A DNA stretch of 64,000 bases from a bacterium (GTDB lineage Bacteria > SAR324 > XYD2-FULL-50-16), in contig JAVVEA010000001.1 of the NCBI GenBank assembly GCA_032250835.1, forward strand, positions 288,001-352,000, in the 5' to 3' direction. Made by a program: the position numbers and the translations under genes. The notes beneath the pieces were generated by a model. The model did not search any database. It was given only the letters and a program-made list of their open reading frames with translations, and was not told where the DNA came from. Of this stretch, positions 36,015 through 47,274 are shown piece after piece (within the stretch, counting starts at the first letter, position 1; the number at the start of each line of letters is the position of its first letter).

Positions 36015-36631
36015 GGGCTTTCGTCCAAAAAGACCAGCAGGTGGCCGCTGCGATAGCGCAACCTGACTTCAGGTTGGCTGACTTGATTGCTGGCACTTAA
36101 CACCCCGGTCGGGTCCAAGGTCGCGTCTTTTAGCCGCCATTTGACGCCCTCTAAATCCAACCCAGAAACTAGGCCGCCCAGGGGCAATAAAGAAAGGCGG
36201 GAGCCAGGCCTAGCTTTAAGCGTAAACCGCCTAGGAGCTAAAAAAATCCGCTCACTGCCTTGGCGGAATTCCAGGCTTAGGTCGGGGTGGCGCAGAAATA
36301 AAAAGAGGTTGTAAAGGCTCATATCGGCGCGACCGCCCAGGCCCCCAAAGATCAGAACCTGCCGGAGTCCCTTTTCTCGTAAATAACTTAAGGCTTTATC
36401 CGCATCGGTATCGTTTTGGTCTTCCAAACGCAACCGCTGGACTTGCGGCAGTCGGGCTGAATCCTGACTATCTAAATCGCCAATCACCAAGTCAGGCACC
36501 AAGCCCAAGGGCTCTAACCAATTAATCGCCCCATCAGCGGCCAAACGGGTAGGCGCGGCGTTCCACAACGGCTCGATCCACTCTAAACTCGGTGGCTCGC
36601 CATTTAAACATAAAATTGCCGCCCCGTTCAT
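36011..36631 (-). CDS. thiN: Thiamine pyrophosphokinase
   Basis: AADGA, IGDLDS, DQNDTD, GGLGGRAD, SN. Confidence 0.88.
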   Translation of the reverse strand: MNGAAILCLNGEPPSLEWIEPLWNAAPTRLAADGAINWLEPLGLVPDLVIGDLDSQDSARLPQVQRLRLEDQNDTDADKALSYLREKGLRQVLIFGGLGGRADMSLYNLFLFLRHPDLSLEFRQGSERIFLAPRRFTLKARPGSRLSLLPLGGLVSGLDLEGVKWRLKDATLDPTGVLSASNQVSQPEVRLRYRSGHLLVFLDESP

Positions 36632-37251
36632 CAGAGCCCCCGGTAGATCAACACCTGCACCAAACCAATCAAAAAGCCCAAGACCCCGCCGACATATTCG
36701 ATCATTTTAAATTCGTTCTTTAAAATCGAAAATAATATTTCTTCTAGCTGGCTCACCTCAAAGGCCTCGATCTTATCGCGGATGATTTCCTTGACCTGGA
36801 TCAGGCTTTCGAGGCTTTCGGCAGCGCCTTCCATCAAGTGCGGCAAAAAGGACTCAAATTCCTCCATCAATTTCTTGCGGAGCCCTTCGATCATGGCTTC
36901 GGGCAACAGGGCTAACATGGGGTGCAAACTGGTTAAGCGCTCCGATAAAAAGACATCTAGATGGCGCTCTAAGATGGGGCTTAGTTTGCCCACAAATTCC
37001 GGCGAAGTCAGCTTTTGGTGGATGTCGTCGTGGGAGAAGAGCTTGTCTTCGATGATCGAACCCAGCCGATGGGCCAGTTCGTTTTGGCGGCGGTGGAAGA
37101 TGCCATGCAGGGTAAACAGACCTAAGTTGATCGGTTGTTTGGGGTGGAACAACATCTTGATCGCCACCCAATTGGTCAGCCAACCGATCAAGGCGGCGAC
37201 CAAAGGGATCAAGATCATTTTATAACCTTCCTGCTCGATCAAAAATTCCAT
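36631..37251 (-). CDS. DUF445 family membrane protein
   Basis: IGWLTNWVAIKMLFHP...IEYVGGVLGFLIG. Confidence 0.85.
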   Translation of the reverse strand: MEFLIEQEGYKMILIPLVAALIGWLTNWVAIKMLFHPKQPINLGLFTLHGIFHRRQNELAHRLGSIIEDKLFSHDDIHQKLTSPEFVGKLSPILERHLDVFLSERLTSLHPMLALLPEAMIEGLRKKLMEEFESFLPHLMEGAAESLESLIQVKEIIRDKIEAFEVSQLEEILFSILKNEFKMIEYVGGVLGFLIGLVQVLIYRGL

Positions 37252-37252
37252 G

Positions 37253-38359
37253 TCAGTTCCGGTAGATGCGCGGCACGCGTTTGGAAATATTGCAACAGAC
37301 TTCGTAGTTGATGGTTCCCATCATCTGGGCCAACTCACTGGCCAAAATTTCTTCTTCCCCCTGACGCCCAATCAAGACCACTTCATCATCTAGAGCTACT
37401 CCCGGTAGGTCCGTCACGTCAACTAAGGTCAGGTCCATACAGACCCGGCCGACCACCGGAGCCCGCTGGCCTCGTATCAAGACCTCGGCCTGATTCGATA
37501 GCAACCGGGAATAACCGTCACCATAGCCCGCGGCGATCACCGCAATCTGGCTGGGGCGCTGGGTAACAAAGGTGCCACCGTAGCTTAAAGGTTGGTGGGC
37601 CTCAAAGTTTTGCAGTTGGGCGACGCGGGTCTTAAAGGACAGGGCCTGGCGTAGGTTCGGAGGGAATCGGAGTTGCTCCGAGGGCATTTGACCATACATG
37701 CCGATGCCGATGCGGAAGAGGTTCCCCCGGTCTTGATTGAATTCGGTGGTCCCCGCCGAGTTGGCCAAATGCAGCCAGCGGGGCATAAAGTGCGCGTCCA
37801 CTCCTTCTTGAGCGGCCCAGAAGCGGTGGATTTGGTCTAGCGTGGCTTCATCTTCGCCTTGATCCGCGCAAGCTAGATGGCTTTCTAACCCCTCAAGGTA
37901 AAGGGGGCTCCAATCTTCGGACAAAAACTCACGCAATTGGCTCGCATTTAACCCTAAACGGCCCATACCCGTGTCGACCTTCAAATGGGCCGGTTGGCGG
38001 TAATGTTGCTTAGCCGCAAAGTCGCGCAGCCGCTTCGCCGCATCCAGGCTATAGAGCGTTGCGCTCAATTGGTACTGTTCGAAGTAAGGCAGGCTCTGGT
38101 CACTAAAGGGCCCAAGGACCAAGATCGGTAGCCTAATCCCCTGTTGGCGCAATTCTACTGCTTCTTCCACCAAAGCCGTACCAATCCACTCGACCCCTTC
38201 TTCTTGGGCGGTGCGGCTGATTTCAAAGGCTCCATGGCCGTACCCATCGGCCTTGACTACCGCCATCAGCGCCCCGTCTGAAGGCAAGGCGGCGCGGTAT
38301 TGGGCCAAGTTGTGGCGGATTGCGCCGAGGTCAATTTCTAGATAGGTATCGCGCAACAT
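37253..38359 (-). CDS. alr: Alanine racemase
   Basis: AVVKADGYGHG, KVDTGMGRLG, GYGDG, GRVCMD, TINYE. Confidence 0.96.
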   Translation of the reverse strand: MLRDTYLEIDLGAIRHNLAQYRAALPSDGALMAVVKADGYGHGAFEISRTAQEEGVEWIGTALVEEAVELRQQGIRLPILVLGPFSDQSLPYFEQYQLSATLYSLDAAKRLRDFAAKQHYRQPAHLKVDTGMGRLGLNASQLREFLSEDWSPLYLEGLESHLACADQGEDEATLDQIHRFWAAQEGVDAHFMPRWLHLANSAGTTEFNQDRGNLFRIGIGMYGQMPSEQLRFPPNLRQALSFKTRVAQLQNFEAHQPLSYGGTFVTQRPSQIAVIAAGYGDGYSRLLSNQAEVLIRGQRAPVVGRVCMDLTLVDVTDLPGVALDDEVVLIGRQGEEEILASELAQMMGTINYEVCCNISKRVPRIYRN

Positions 38360-38364
38360 CGCGT

Positions 38365-38724
38365 TTAATAGCTGCGCGTAAAAAGCACCGCGACCCGCTC
38401 CAAAGCCAAGGGCACCGGGGGGTTGGGTTTAGAGAGGCGGATTTTAGCGGACTTGAGACGCTCAAAGCGGCTCAGGTCATCTAATATCTGTAAAGCGAGG
38501 GTTTCAATCAATTCCACCGGCTCACCGGTGACCCGTTGGGCCACCGCTTGAGCTACTTCACCGTAGTTTAAGACCTGATCCACGGCATCGTTCAAAGGCT
38601 CCCCGGCTTCGGCTTCAAGCCAAAGATCGACGATGAACTCCTGACCCAGGCGGCGTTCCTCGGCGAAGACGCCGTGATAACCGTAAAGGGTCAGGCCTAA
38701 AATTTCGATGCCATAGTGGGCCAT
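38365..38724 (-). CDS. folB: Dihydroneopterin aldolase
   Basis: YGYHGVFAEERRLGQEF.VD, LIETLA, KP. Confidence 0.92.
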   Translation of the reverse strand: MAHYGIEILGLTLYGYHGVFAEERRLGQEFIVDLWLEAEAGEPLNDAVDQVLNYGEVAQAVAQRVTGEPVELIETLALQILDDLSRFERLKSAKIRLSKPNPPVPLALERVAVLFTRSY

Positions 38725-38726
38725 GT

Positions 38727-39944
38727 TTAGCCCTGGTTGCGGGCACGATGCAACACGCGGTAGGGCAGCGCATTCAGACGGATAAAGCCGTTGGCGTCTT
38801 GGATGTTATACTTGCCCTGATCCTTCTCCATCGAGGCGATGTCCGCGTCGTATAGGCTATAAGGCGATTTGCGGCCCGTGATGTTCACGTTGCCTTTATA
38901 CAACTCCAAACGTACCTGACCGGTAACTTGAGTCTGGCTTTGGGTGATCAAGCTGCGGATCAACTCCATTTCCGGCGTGAACCAGTAACCGGCATAAGCG
39001 CGCGCCGCGAAACGCGGCATCAGGCTGTCTTTGAGGTCGATCACGTCGCGGGTCAAGGTGATGGACTCAATGGCGCGGTGCGCTGCGAGCAGCACCGTAC
39101 CGCCAGGGGTCTCATAGACTCCGCGGCTTTTCATGCCCACATAGCGGCTTTCCACCATATCCACCCGCCCGACGCCATTGGCTCCGGCAATCTGGTTTAA
39201 TTTCTCTAGCAGTAAAGCGGGGCTAAGGGCCTCACCATTAATCGCCGTAGGCACACCGTCCACGAAGTCCAACAGCAACTCTGTGGATTGATCTGGGGCA
39301 TCCTGAGGCGAAACGGACAGCTCAAACATCTCGTCTAAAGGCTTGGTCCAGGGGTCTTCGAGCATCCCCGCTTCAAAGCTGATATGCAGGAGGTTTTCGT
39401 CGGACGACCAGGGCTGTGACTTGGTGGCCTTAACGGGGATGTTGTGCGCCTGAGCGTACTCAATCAACTCCGCGCGGCCAGGATAAGCCTTATAAAACTT
39501 TTCGATCTTCCAAGGAGCCACAATATGGACATCAGGCATCAAGGAAAGGTAGCCTACCTCAAAACGGACTTGATCGTTGCCTTTGCCGGTTGCGCCGTGG
39601 CCCACGGCGGTAGCACCAAAGCGTTGGGCCGCTTCGATCTGTTTTTTGACGATCAACGGGCGCGCCAAGCTGGTGCCTAACAGATAGACCCCTTCATAGA
39701 CCGCGTTGATCTGGATCGAAGGCAATACGTAGTCTTTAACAAACTCTTCGGAAACATCTTCCACGATCACTTCACTGGCCCCGGCGGAGAGGCCCTTTTT
39801 GCGGATTTCTTCTAAGTCTTCGACCTTCTGGCCGAGATCGAGACACAAAGCAATCACATCGTACCCCTCGTCGGCCAGCCAGCGAACGATTACCGAGGTA
39901 TCGAGGCCGCCCGAATAGGCGAGTACCAGTTTTTCCTTACTCAT
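38727..39944 (-). CDS. argG: Argininosuccinate synthase
   Basis: LAYSGGLDTS, HGATGKGNDQVRFE, GMKSRGVYETPGG. Confidence 0.97.
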   Translation of the reverse strand: MSKEKLVLAYSGGLDTSVIVRWLADEGYDVIALCLDLGQKVEDLEEIRKKGLSAGASEVIVEDVSEEFVKDYVLPSIQINAVYEGVYLLGTSLARPLIVKKQIEAAQRFGATAVGHGATGKGNDQVRFEVGYLSLMPDVHIVAPWKIEKFYKAYPGRAELIEYAQAHNIPVKATKSQPWSSDENLLHISFEAGMLEDPWTKPLDEMFELSVSPQDAPDQSTELLLDFVDGVPTAINGEALSPALLLEKLNQIAGANGVGRVDMVESRYVGMKSRGVYETPGGTVLLAAHRAIESITLTRDVIDLKDSLMPRFAARAYAGYWFTPEMELIRSLITQSQTQVTGQVRLELYKGNVNITGRKSPYSLYDADIASMEKDQGKYNIQDANGFIRLNALPYRVLHRARNQG

Positions 39945-39966
39945 GGATAAAATAGGGGTCAGGGGT

Positions 39967-40938
39967 TCAATCGATGGGCTTCAATTTGCGGACTTTGTCG
40001 AGAAATTCCGCAGCAAAACTTGGGCTAGGCGCTTGGCTCTCACTTTGAGGCGCTAAAGCGGCAGCCCGACTCTGTCGATATTCTTCCCTTAATTGGGCAA
40101 AGTCAATGGAATCTTGGCCCGCTGGGCCGCGGTTGCCCATGAACTGGCCAAAGTCCTGTTTGTCCACCTGGGCGATCACCCCGATCTGGGTCGGCGTAAC
40201 GCCACAAGCAAAGGCCATATCGTTGACCTCTAAAACAACCACACGTTGCTTGGGACTTAAGAAGAAACTAGAAGCCAGGTTGATCTTATATTTGCCGCGC
40301 CTAAAAGACATCTTGCGCAGCACAAAGCGATTATAGGCCCAAAGGCCTGTGTAGATCAGGGCCAAGATAAAGGCCAGAGCAGCCAACGTTTGGATCAGCG
40401 TTCCCATCCCCATTCCTTCAAATTTGGGGGCTGGGGCCTGGGCCGAAACATCGCCACTGGCATCAGCATGGACCTGAGGCGCGGTCACTGGACCGGCGAT
40501 CAACTCTGGGGCCGGTTGGTGTTTAAAGAGCTTAAAGGTTAGCTGCTCAAAGGAGGCTTCATGAGTTACCTTTCCGGCCGCTGAAAAAGCGGGATCGGCG
40601 TAGCGCACCTCTAAGATGCTGTTGCGGCCTTCGCGCCGCAAGCGCACTTGTTGTACAAAGGGATTGTTAACCCGCAGGTTAGCTAAAGAGGGGTCAAACT
40701 GACTATCGGGCAAAATCGCCGAGAAGACGCCTGGATCAAAGAGATAGCTGATCGACTGGCTGTAGTCGCCCTTAAATACAAGGCTAAGCTGTTGGGATTC
40801 TTCGCCTAGTTCTTCATGTAGCTTAACGATATTGGCCAAGGGCTCGGGCTTTTTTTCTTCTTCTAAAGGATCGGCTGCCAGAGCTATCCCGGTCAGGGAA
40901 AGTAAGATCAAACCGAACCACAGGCATCTACGGATCAT
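39967..40938 (-). CDS. fliO: Flagellar biogenesis protein FliO with long N-terminal periplasmic (AMIN-like) domain
   Basis: Signal peptide, TM helix, then LSPKQRVVVLEV...GVTPTQI FliO signature; follows fliN. Confidence 0.78.
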   Translation of the reverse strand: MIRRCLWFGLILLSLTGIALAADPLEEEKKPEPLANIVKLHEELGEESQQLSLVFKGDYSQSISYLFDPGVFSAILPDSQFDPSLANLRVNNPFVQQVRLRREGRNSILEVRYADPAFSAAGKVTHEASFEQLTFKLFKHQPAPELIAGPVTAPQVHADASGDVSAQAPAPKFEGMGMGTLIQTLAALAFILALIYTGLWAYNRFVLRKMSFRRGKYKINLASSFFLSPKQRVVVLEVNDMAFACGVTPTQIGVIAQVDKQDFGQFMGNRGPAGQDSIDFAQLREEYRQSRAAALAPQSESQAPSPSFAAEFLDKVRKLKPID

Positions 40939-41381
40939 CCCTTCAAACTCGCCAAGCGCTGCTCTTTATTCATGATGTCGGTGATCTTCAAGGCAAATTT
41001 TTCGTGCTGGATCACGATCTCGCCCTGAGCGACCCGTTTTTCGTTGATCAATATATCCATCGGCTCGCCCACGTTTTTGGCCAGTTCCACAATCGAACCT
41101 AAGTCCAACTTGAGCAAGTCCTTGATCAGCATCCGCGTTTTGCCTACCTCGACCCGCAGGGTTAAGGGGATGTCCATCAAGAAGTCGACCGAAACCTCGC
41201 CCTCTTCGTGGACTTCCTCGCCGCCGTGCAACTCGGCGGGTAAACCGCCAAAATCATCCCCGCCGCCGGAGGCCTCGGATTTGATCATCTCGCGGTTTTG
41301 CTGGAGTTCCGCCTCTACGTCGGACCAATCAATTTCGTCCGACTCCTCCATGTTGGAGAAATCCAGTTCGCCATCAGCCAT
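40935..41381 (-). CDS. fliN: Flagellar motor switch protein FliN
   Basis: DIPLTLRVEVG, LL.L..GSIVEL, GEP.DI.IN..VAQGEIV. Confidence 0.92.
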   Translation of the reverse strand: MADGELDFSNMEESDEIDWSDVEAELQQNREMIKSEASGGGDDFGGLPAELHGGEEVHEEGEVSVDFLMDIPLTLRVEVGKTRMLIKDLLKLDLGSIVELAKNVGEPMDILINEKRVAQGEIVIQHEKFALKITDIMNKEQRLASLKG

Positions 41382-41393
41382 GGGGGCCTCCTG

Positions 41394-41948
41394 TTAGTTG
41401 AGGATGAACTCAGTGATCAAGATTTTCTTCACTGGGGTCCGGTCTTTGGTCTCCGAAGATTCCACAAATTCCTGGGTGAAGATGCTGTTGACCTTTTTAT
41501 AGAGTTCCCGTTTGACCAACTCGGTGCCCGCACGGGTGCGCAAGTCTTCGGTGGTCAGGTTTTGCAAAAATGAAATCACCATGTCGTCGATCAAATACTC
41601 CCGACTGGCCAAAAAGCCCAAAGCCATGGGGTCTTCTAGAGCAGCGACCAGTTTAATCGACAAAAAGTGCTTCCCATCGCGCAGGTTCACCGTATATTTA
41701 CGCGGCGGCGTAAAGACCGGGTTGGTCAATTTAACCACCTCACTAGCCGAGGAAGCGGCAATTTCTTCTTCTAATTTGGATTGGGGTGCGCCCGCACCTT
41801 GGGGAACGGCTTCGTCTTCGGGGGTGCCGCCTAAAAACATAAAGGCCCCGACACCAACACCCGCCAACAGCAAGAGAACCACCACCAGGATCAAGACGAG
41901 TTTCTTTTTCCCTCCGCCGCCGGATTCCTCAATTTCTTCGTCTGCCAT
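41394..41948 (-). CDS. fliL: Flagellar basal body-associated protein FliL
   Basis: GGGKKK plus TM helix, VNL, L.T..G...K.E, ITEFIL. Confidence 0.88.
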   Translation of the reverse strand: MADEEIEESGGGGKKKLVLILVVVLLLLAGVGVGAFMFLGGTPEDEAVPQGAGAPQSKLEEEIAASSASEVVKLTNPVFTPPRKYTVNLRDGKHFLSIKLVAALEDPMALGFLASREYLIDDMVISFLQNLTTEDLRTRAGTELVKRELYKKVNSIFTQEFVESSETKDRTPVKKILITEFILN

Positions 41949-42083
41949 CTCACTCCCTTACGAAATGGGCGCGTGCGCCCGGTATGTCTGTCGTTGTTAT
42001 GCCTAAGATGATAGCCCAACCTTGGCCCTATTAAAAGGGGCAAAGGGGCCGTAACGGCATTAATGCAAATGCAGGGCCTACAA

Positions 42084-42989
42084 TCAATTAAAGCCAAAAC
42101 GCCGCCGCCAGCGCTTGGCATAAATAGCTCGTTCGATGGCCTCTAAAGAACGGATAGCCGCCGCTTCGCCGCGCTTAAGACAAAGGTCGAGTCTAGTGAA
42201 ATCGGCCCAATGTAGATCCATGATATCAACGGTGATCCGGTGGTCGGCTCCGGCCATACAGCATTCCTTTAAGCCCATCCGGCTGGCTTCTGAAGCCCGC
42301 AATTGTACATCCCAACCCGAAAGGTGCTCTTGTGGCCCTTGGTCTTGGCTTAAAGTTGGGGCGACGTCTACCGCAATCACCAAGTCGGCACCCATCTTGC
42401 GGGCCAAGGCGACCGGTACGGGCACTAACCAGGAACCATCCACAAAGCGCCGTTGGTCAATCTCAATCGGCGGAAAGACACCGGGAATGGCGGCAGTGGC
42501 CATCACCGCTTGCATCATCTTACCGGTCAAAAAGTCCTTCTCCTTACCGGAATGAAGGTCCATGGCCACGAGCCCCAAGGGAATCGGGCAGTCCTCAAGA
42601 TCGATTTTGGGGATCAAGTGGCTCAGGTTCCATTCAAAGGTTTCCTGAGAGATAAAACTGGAGCGGGTGCTGGAGATGGCAAAGAAAAAGCCGGTGCTGA
42701 TCAGTCGCTTGAACTGGTCGTAATAACTCTTAGACTGTTGTTTGGACTCTTTGATGAAGTCCAGGCGGGTCTGGTTAAAGTCCTCGGAGTTCAAAAAACG
42801 GCGGATATTGGTGATCGAGGTGTCGATCTCGGGGTGGGCAGCAAAGATCGACCCAATGATCCCCCCGATGCTCACACCGGTGATCAAATCAATGGGGATC
42901 TTCGCTTCAACGAGGGCCTTGAGCACCCCTAGGTGGGCTAACCCCCTAGAGGCCCCGCCACCTAAAGCAAGCCCAACCTTGAGCGCCAT
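42084..42989 (-). CDS. Patatin-like phospholipase
   Basis: LGGGASRGLAHLGV, GVSIG, IPGVFPP, VDGS. Confidence 0.88.
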   Translation of the reverse strand: MALKVGLALGGGASRGLAHLGVLKALVEAKIPIDLITGVSIGGIIGSIFAAHPEIDTSITNIRRFLNSEDFNQTRLDFIKESKQQSKSYYDQFKRLISTGFFFAISSTRSSFISQETFEWNLSHLIPKIDLEDCPIPLGLVAMDLHSGKEKDFLTGKMMQAVMATAAIPGVFPPIEIDQRRFVDGSWLVPVPVALARKMGADLVIAVDVAPTLSQDQGPQEHLSGWDVQLRASEASRMGLKECCMAGADHRITVDIMDLHWADFTRLDLCLKRGEAAAIRSLEAIERAIYAKRWRRRFGFN

Positions 42990-42997
42990 CTAGTCTC

Positions 42998-44797
42998 CTA
43001 GGTTGGCTGTTTTCGCAGCGCTAGATTCAATTCGCGGAGTTGCTCTACTTCCACTTCGCTGGGTGCGTCGGTGAGCAGACAAGCGGCTTGTTGGGTCTTG
43101 GGGAAAGCGATCACGTCCCGAATCGAATCGGTCCCCACCAAGAACATCATCAAGCGGTCAAAGCCCAAGGCAAGGCCGCCGTGGGGCGGTGCACCGAACT
43201 CAAGGCCGTCTAACAAGAAGCCAAATTTGGTCCGGGCCTCTTCTTCGGTCAGCTTCAGTAGCTTGAAAATGCGCTCTTGGATGTCGCCGCGGTGGATACG
43301 GATACTACCGCCGCCCAGCTCGACGCCATTGAGCACAAGGTCGTAGGCAATGGAGCGGATTTTGGTGGGCTCCGAGCTCTCGTATTGCTCTAGGTCCGTC
43401 AAAACCGGATGGGTGAAGGGGTGGTGGCAGGCATGATAGCTTCCGTCTTCTTCAGACTCAAACAAAGGGAAGTCCGTGATCCAGCAGAAGTTAAATTCCT
43501 TCTCGTCGATCAGGCCCTTCTTCTTGGCGATTTCCTTGCGCAGGTTGCCCAGGGAATCGTTGACCACCCACTTACTATCGGCCCCAAAAAGCAGTAAGTC
43601 GCCCGTTTGGGCCCCGGTAGCGGCTAAAATCTGGGCCTTTTCTTCATCGGTGAAGAACTTGGCAATCGGGCTCTGCCAACCGTCAGGGTTCAGCTTGACC
43701 CAAGCCATCCCTTTGGCGCGGTAAATTTTCACAAACTCGGTCAAGTCGTCTAGTTCCTTGCGGCTAAAGGTAGCGCCACCGGGGACGCAGATGGCTTTAA
43801 CCATCCCATTAGGGGCGTTGGCCGCGTCATTAAAGACTTTAAATTCCACACCTTTGGCCAATTCGGTCAGGTCCTTGAGCTCTAGACCGAAGCGCAGGTC
43901 TGGCGCATCGGAACCAAACCGTTCCATTGCTTCTTGGTAGGTCATGCGGCGGACCGGCTGAGCCACTTCGACCTGTAGTGTCTCTTTAAAGATTTTCGCC
44001 ACCAAGCGACTGACCACCTCGATGATCTGCTCTTGATCCACGAAACTCATCTCTAAGTCGATCTGGGTGAACTCGGGCTGGCGGTTGCCACGTAGGTCCT
44101 CGTCACGGAAGCATTTAACAATCTGAAAATAACGATCATAGCCCGACACCATCAACAACTGTTTAAAGAGCTGCGGTGATTGGGGCAGGGCGTAAAACTT
44201 GCCCGGATTGACCCGGCTAGGCACCAAATAATCCCGCGCCCCTTCGGGGGTAGACTTGGTCAGGACCGGTGTTTCCACCTCGAAGAAGTTTTCTTCGTAC
44301 AAGAAGTTGCGGATCACCTGAGCCGCCTTGGAGCGCAGCATTAAAGAGCGTTGCATCTGCGGGCGGCGCAGGTCTAAGGTGCGGTGCTTGAGACGGTTTT
44401 TTTCGGTGATGCTGGCGCTGTCGTCATTGATCTGGAACGGAAGCGGGACCGAGGTGTTGAGCAAACGCAGTTCTTTAACGAAGATCTCGATTTCGCCGGT
44501 CACCATCTTGGGGTTGACCGTTTCGTCACTACGAGCACTGACCACGCCTTTAACGGCAATCACAAACTCCGAGCGTAGACCCTGAGCTTGTTCAAAAGCC
44601 GTGGGTTGGTGCTGGGGTCCGAAGACTACTTGGCTGATTCCCGTATAGTCGCGTAGATCCACAAAGATCACGCCGCCGTGGTCGCGCCGGTTGTGGACCC
44701 AACCCATTAGGGTCACTTCCTGGCCGATCTCGGCCTTACTCAGGTGGGTCAAAAAATGGCTTCGTTTCCAGTCGCCCAGGGTATCCAGTTGGGTCAT
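42998..44797 (-). CDS. aspS: Aspartate--tRNA ligase (His in RRDHGG suggests non-discriminating type)
   Basis: [36 protein letters not shown]. Confidence 0.97.
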   Translation of the reverse strand: MTQLDTLGDWKRSHFLTHLSKAEIGQEVTLMGWVHNRRDHGGVIFVDLRDYTGISQVVFGPQHQPTAFEQAQGLRSEFVIAVKGVVSARSDETVNPKMVTGEIEIFVKELRLLNTSVPLPFQINDDSASITEKNRLKHRTLDLRRPQMQRSLMLRSKAAQVIRNFLYEENFFEVETPVLTKSTPEGARDYLVPSRVNPGKFYALPQSPQLFKQLLMVSGYDRYFQIVKCFRDEDLRGNRQPEFTQIDLEMSFVDQEQIIEVVSRLVAKIFKETLQVEVAQPVRRMTYQEAMERFGSDAPDLRFGLELKDLTELAKGVEFKVFNDAANAPNGMVKAICVPGGATFSRKELDDLTEFVKIYRAKGMAWVKLNPDGWQSPIAKFFTDEEKAQILAATGAQTGDLLLFGADSKWVVNDSLGNLRKEIAKKKGLIDEKEFNFCWITDFPLFESEEDGSYHACHHPFTHPVLTDLEQYESSEPTKIRSIAYDLVLNGVELGGGSIRIHRGDIQERIFKLLKLTEEEARTKFGFLLDGLEFGAPPHGGLALGFDRLMMFLVGTDSIRDVIAFPKTQQAACLLTDAPSEVEVEQLRELNLALRKQPT

Positions 44798-44858
44798 CGC
44801 TTTCGGTATTTGGTAGGGTAGGGTTTTCGGCCAATCATCCAGGGCAAAGGGCCCAACG

Positions 44859-45413
44859 TCAAGAGTTGGCCGATAGGTCGCGCTTGATCATGTCGGTTAG
44901 ATGCCGCATATCTTTGGCAATATGAAACAATGCCAAGTTCTTTTCGGAGATAAACCCCTTCACCACCAGATCATTGATCTGCTGTAGAAGGGGATCAAAC
45001 AAGCCGTCACCGTTGAGGATGTACAGGGGCTTGTCGTGTTGTTTGAGTTGGGCCAAGGTGATCACCTCGAACAACTCGTCTAGCGTCCCGAAACCGCCGG
45101 GTAGGACCACAAAGAGGTCCGAATATTTGAGCATGATCGACTTACGGTCGAACATATTTTCCACCTCGATCATCCGGCTCACACCGGGATGACCGATCTC
45201 AACGTTGTTTAGGTGGGTGGGGATCACGCCGATCACCTCGCCGCCTTCAGCCAAACAGGCATCGGCAATCACCCCCATCAACCCAATAGAACCACCGCCA
45301 AAGACCAATCCATGGCCTGCCCCGGCGATCCAACTGCCCAAGGTCAGGGCCCATTCCTCATACTGAGGATTGGTGCCCTTCTTGGAACCGCAAAAAACAC
45401 AAATTCGCTTCAT
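44859..45413 (-). CDS. LOG family nucleotide phosphoribohydrolase
   Basis: [22 protein letters not shown]. Confidence 0.9.
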   Translation of the reverse strand: MKRICVFCGSKKGTNPQYEEWALTLGSWIAGAGHGLVFGGGSIGLMGVIADACLAEGGEVIGVIPTHLNNVEIGHPGVSRMIEVENMFDRKSIMLKYSDLFVVLPGGFGTLDELFEVITLAQLKQHDKPLYILNGDGLFDPLLQQINDLVVKGFISEKNLALFHIAKDMRHLTDMIKRDLSANS

Positions 45414-45415
45414 GG

Positions 45416-47239
45416 TTATTCGTAAAAGCTCTTGAGCATGCGGCTACGGGTTGGGTGGCGCAGCTTGCGAAGCGCCTTAGCTTCGATCTGCCGGATACGC
45501 TCACGGGTGACGTCAAAGTCCTGGCCCACTTCTTCTAAGGTATGGTCTTTCTTTTCGTCGATGCCAAAACGCATCTTAAGGACCTTTTCCTCGCGCGGAG
45601 TCAAGGTACCCAGCACGTTGCGGGTGACATCGGCCAAGTAGGTGTTGACCACTGACTCAGAGGGCAACACGGCACTTGAGTCCGGGATGAAGTCACCTAG
45701 ATGCGAATCGTCTTCATCGCCAATCGGCGTCTCTAGACTGATCGGCTCTTTGGCGATTTTCAGCACCTTGCGGACCTTATCCACCGGCAGGTCCATCTTT
45801 TCGCTGATCTCTTCGGGGCTCGGCTCGCGGCCAAACTCCTGGACCAGATGACGGCTGGTGCGGATCAGTTTGTTGATCGTTTCGATCATATGCACCGGGA
45901 TGCGGATCGTGCGGGCCTGATCCGCAATGGCGCGGGTGATGGCCTGACGAATCCACCAAGTGGCATAGGTCGAGAACTTATAACCCCGACGGTATTCAAA
46001 TTTATCCACCGCCTTCATCAAGCCGATGTTGCCCTCTTGGATCAAGTCCAAGAACTGCAAGCCCCGGTTGGTGTATTTCTTAGCAATGGAGATCACCAAG
46101 CGGAGGTTGGCCTCGACCAATTGGCTCTTGGCGCTACTGACCTTACGTTCAGCAATCTTCAGCTTCTTGATCTCAGCGCGGAACTTGTCTAAAGCTACGT
46201 CGGTCTGGGTGATCATCTTGTCGATCCGGCGGTTACCGGCCTGTACCTTTTCTAAGATACGCCGGGCGACCCGGAAGCTGTGGCCGGTGATGCTCTTAAC
46301 TTCCGCTTCAACCTTCTGGCCCTTTTTGGGGTCTGTATCGTCCCACTGGGCAACTAACTCTTCAACCTTGCCCACCGGAGCGCGCAGGTCGCGCTGGTAG
46401 CGGGAAAGCTGGGTGAAGGTAAGGTCGATCTTGTCGTTGTGGTGCAGCATCACCCGGAACATGGTGTCGATCTGCTTGGTGTTGAAGTTGATGCTACGCA
46501 GCACCTTAAGCAACACAAAGCGGCCCTCTTCCACGTCCTTTTCGACTTCCGCCCGTTTCTTTTCGTCTTTTAGGCCTTCGAGCTTCTTAGACAACTTGTT
46601 GCGCTCATCAAAGGCTTTTTTGGCTTCTTTGAGCTTGTTTAAGACTTGGTCTGCTGCTTGGCTTTCTTCTTCGATCACCTGATCATCTTCGTCGATACCG
46701 CTGACAATGTCGCGGGCGCGGGCCTTGCCGAAGCGCAGCTTTTTGCCTAAGTCAAACAGGTAGTTAACGATCAGTTCGCTCTTGAGCAAGATATCCAACA
46801 TTTCGTGTTGGCCTTTCTCGATCTTCTTGGCGATCTTCACTTCCCCTTCGCGGGTCAGTAGCTTGATGGAGCCCATCTCACGCAGGTACATCCGTACGGG
46901 GTCGTCGGAATTCTGCTCGAGCGTTTGGACCTCTTCTTCCTCCTCTTCGTTGTCAAAGTCCGAAGATTCTTCCATTTCCGAGTTGAAGTCTTCGTCGGTA
47001 AATTTAGACTTCTTCGTGGTGTTGACGATCTCTACGTTGTTCGACTCTAGGTGGTCGATGATCGAAGATTGAAACTCCTTGGGCAATTCGTAAGGAATCA
47101 AATCGCTCAATTCGTCTTCCGTCAAAAAGCCTTTCTCCTTGCCCTTGGAAACGAGGTTGCGGAACAGTTTTTCCAGTTCCTTTTCCGAGGGGAGTGCTGC
47201 TTTTTTTCCTTTCTTCGCCTTTGCGATCTTCTCTGCCAT
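45416..47239 (-). CDS. rpoD: RNA polymerase primary sigma factor
   Basis: [50 protein letters not shown]; likely ATG 47239. Confidence 0.97.
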   Translation of the reverse strand: MAEKIAKAKKGKKAALPSEKELEKLFRNLVSKGKEKGFLTEDELSDLIPYELPKEFQSSIIDHLESNNVEIVNTTKKSKFTDEDFNSEMEESSDFDNEEEEEEVQTLEQNSDDPVRMYLREMGSIKLLTREGEVKIAKKIEKGQHEMLDILLKSELIVNYLFDLGKKLRFGKARARDIVSGIDEDDQVIEEESQAADQVLNKLKEAKKAFDERNKLSKKLEGLKDEKKRAEVEKDVEEGRFVLLKVLRSINFNTKQIDTMFRVMLHHNDKIDLTFTQLSRYQRDLRAPVGKVEELVAQWDDTDPKKGQKVEAEVKSITGHSFRVARRILEKVQAGNRRIDKMITQTDVALDKFRAEIKKLKIAERKVSSAKSQLVEANLRLVISIAKKYTNRGLQFLDLIQEGNIGLMKAVDKFEYRRGYKFSTYATWWIRQAITRAIADQARTIRIPVHMIETINKLIRTSRHLVQEFGREPSPEEISEKMDLPVDKVRKVLKIAKEPISLETPIGDEDDSHLGDFIPDSSAVLPSESVVNTYLADVTRNVLGTLTPREEKVLKMRFGIDEKKDHTLEEVGQDFDVTRERIRQIEAKALRKLRHPTRSRMLKSFYE

Positions 47240-47274
47240 ATTCCAGCCTGGGTACAGGTTGCGTGGGGAGGGCC

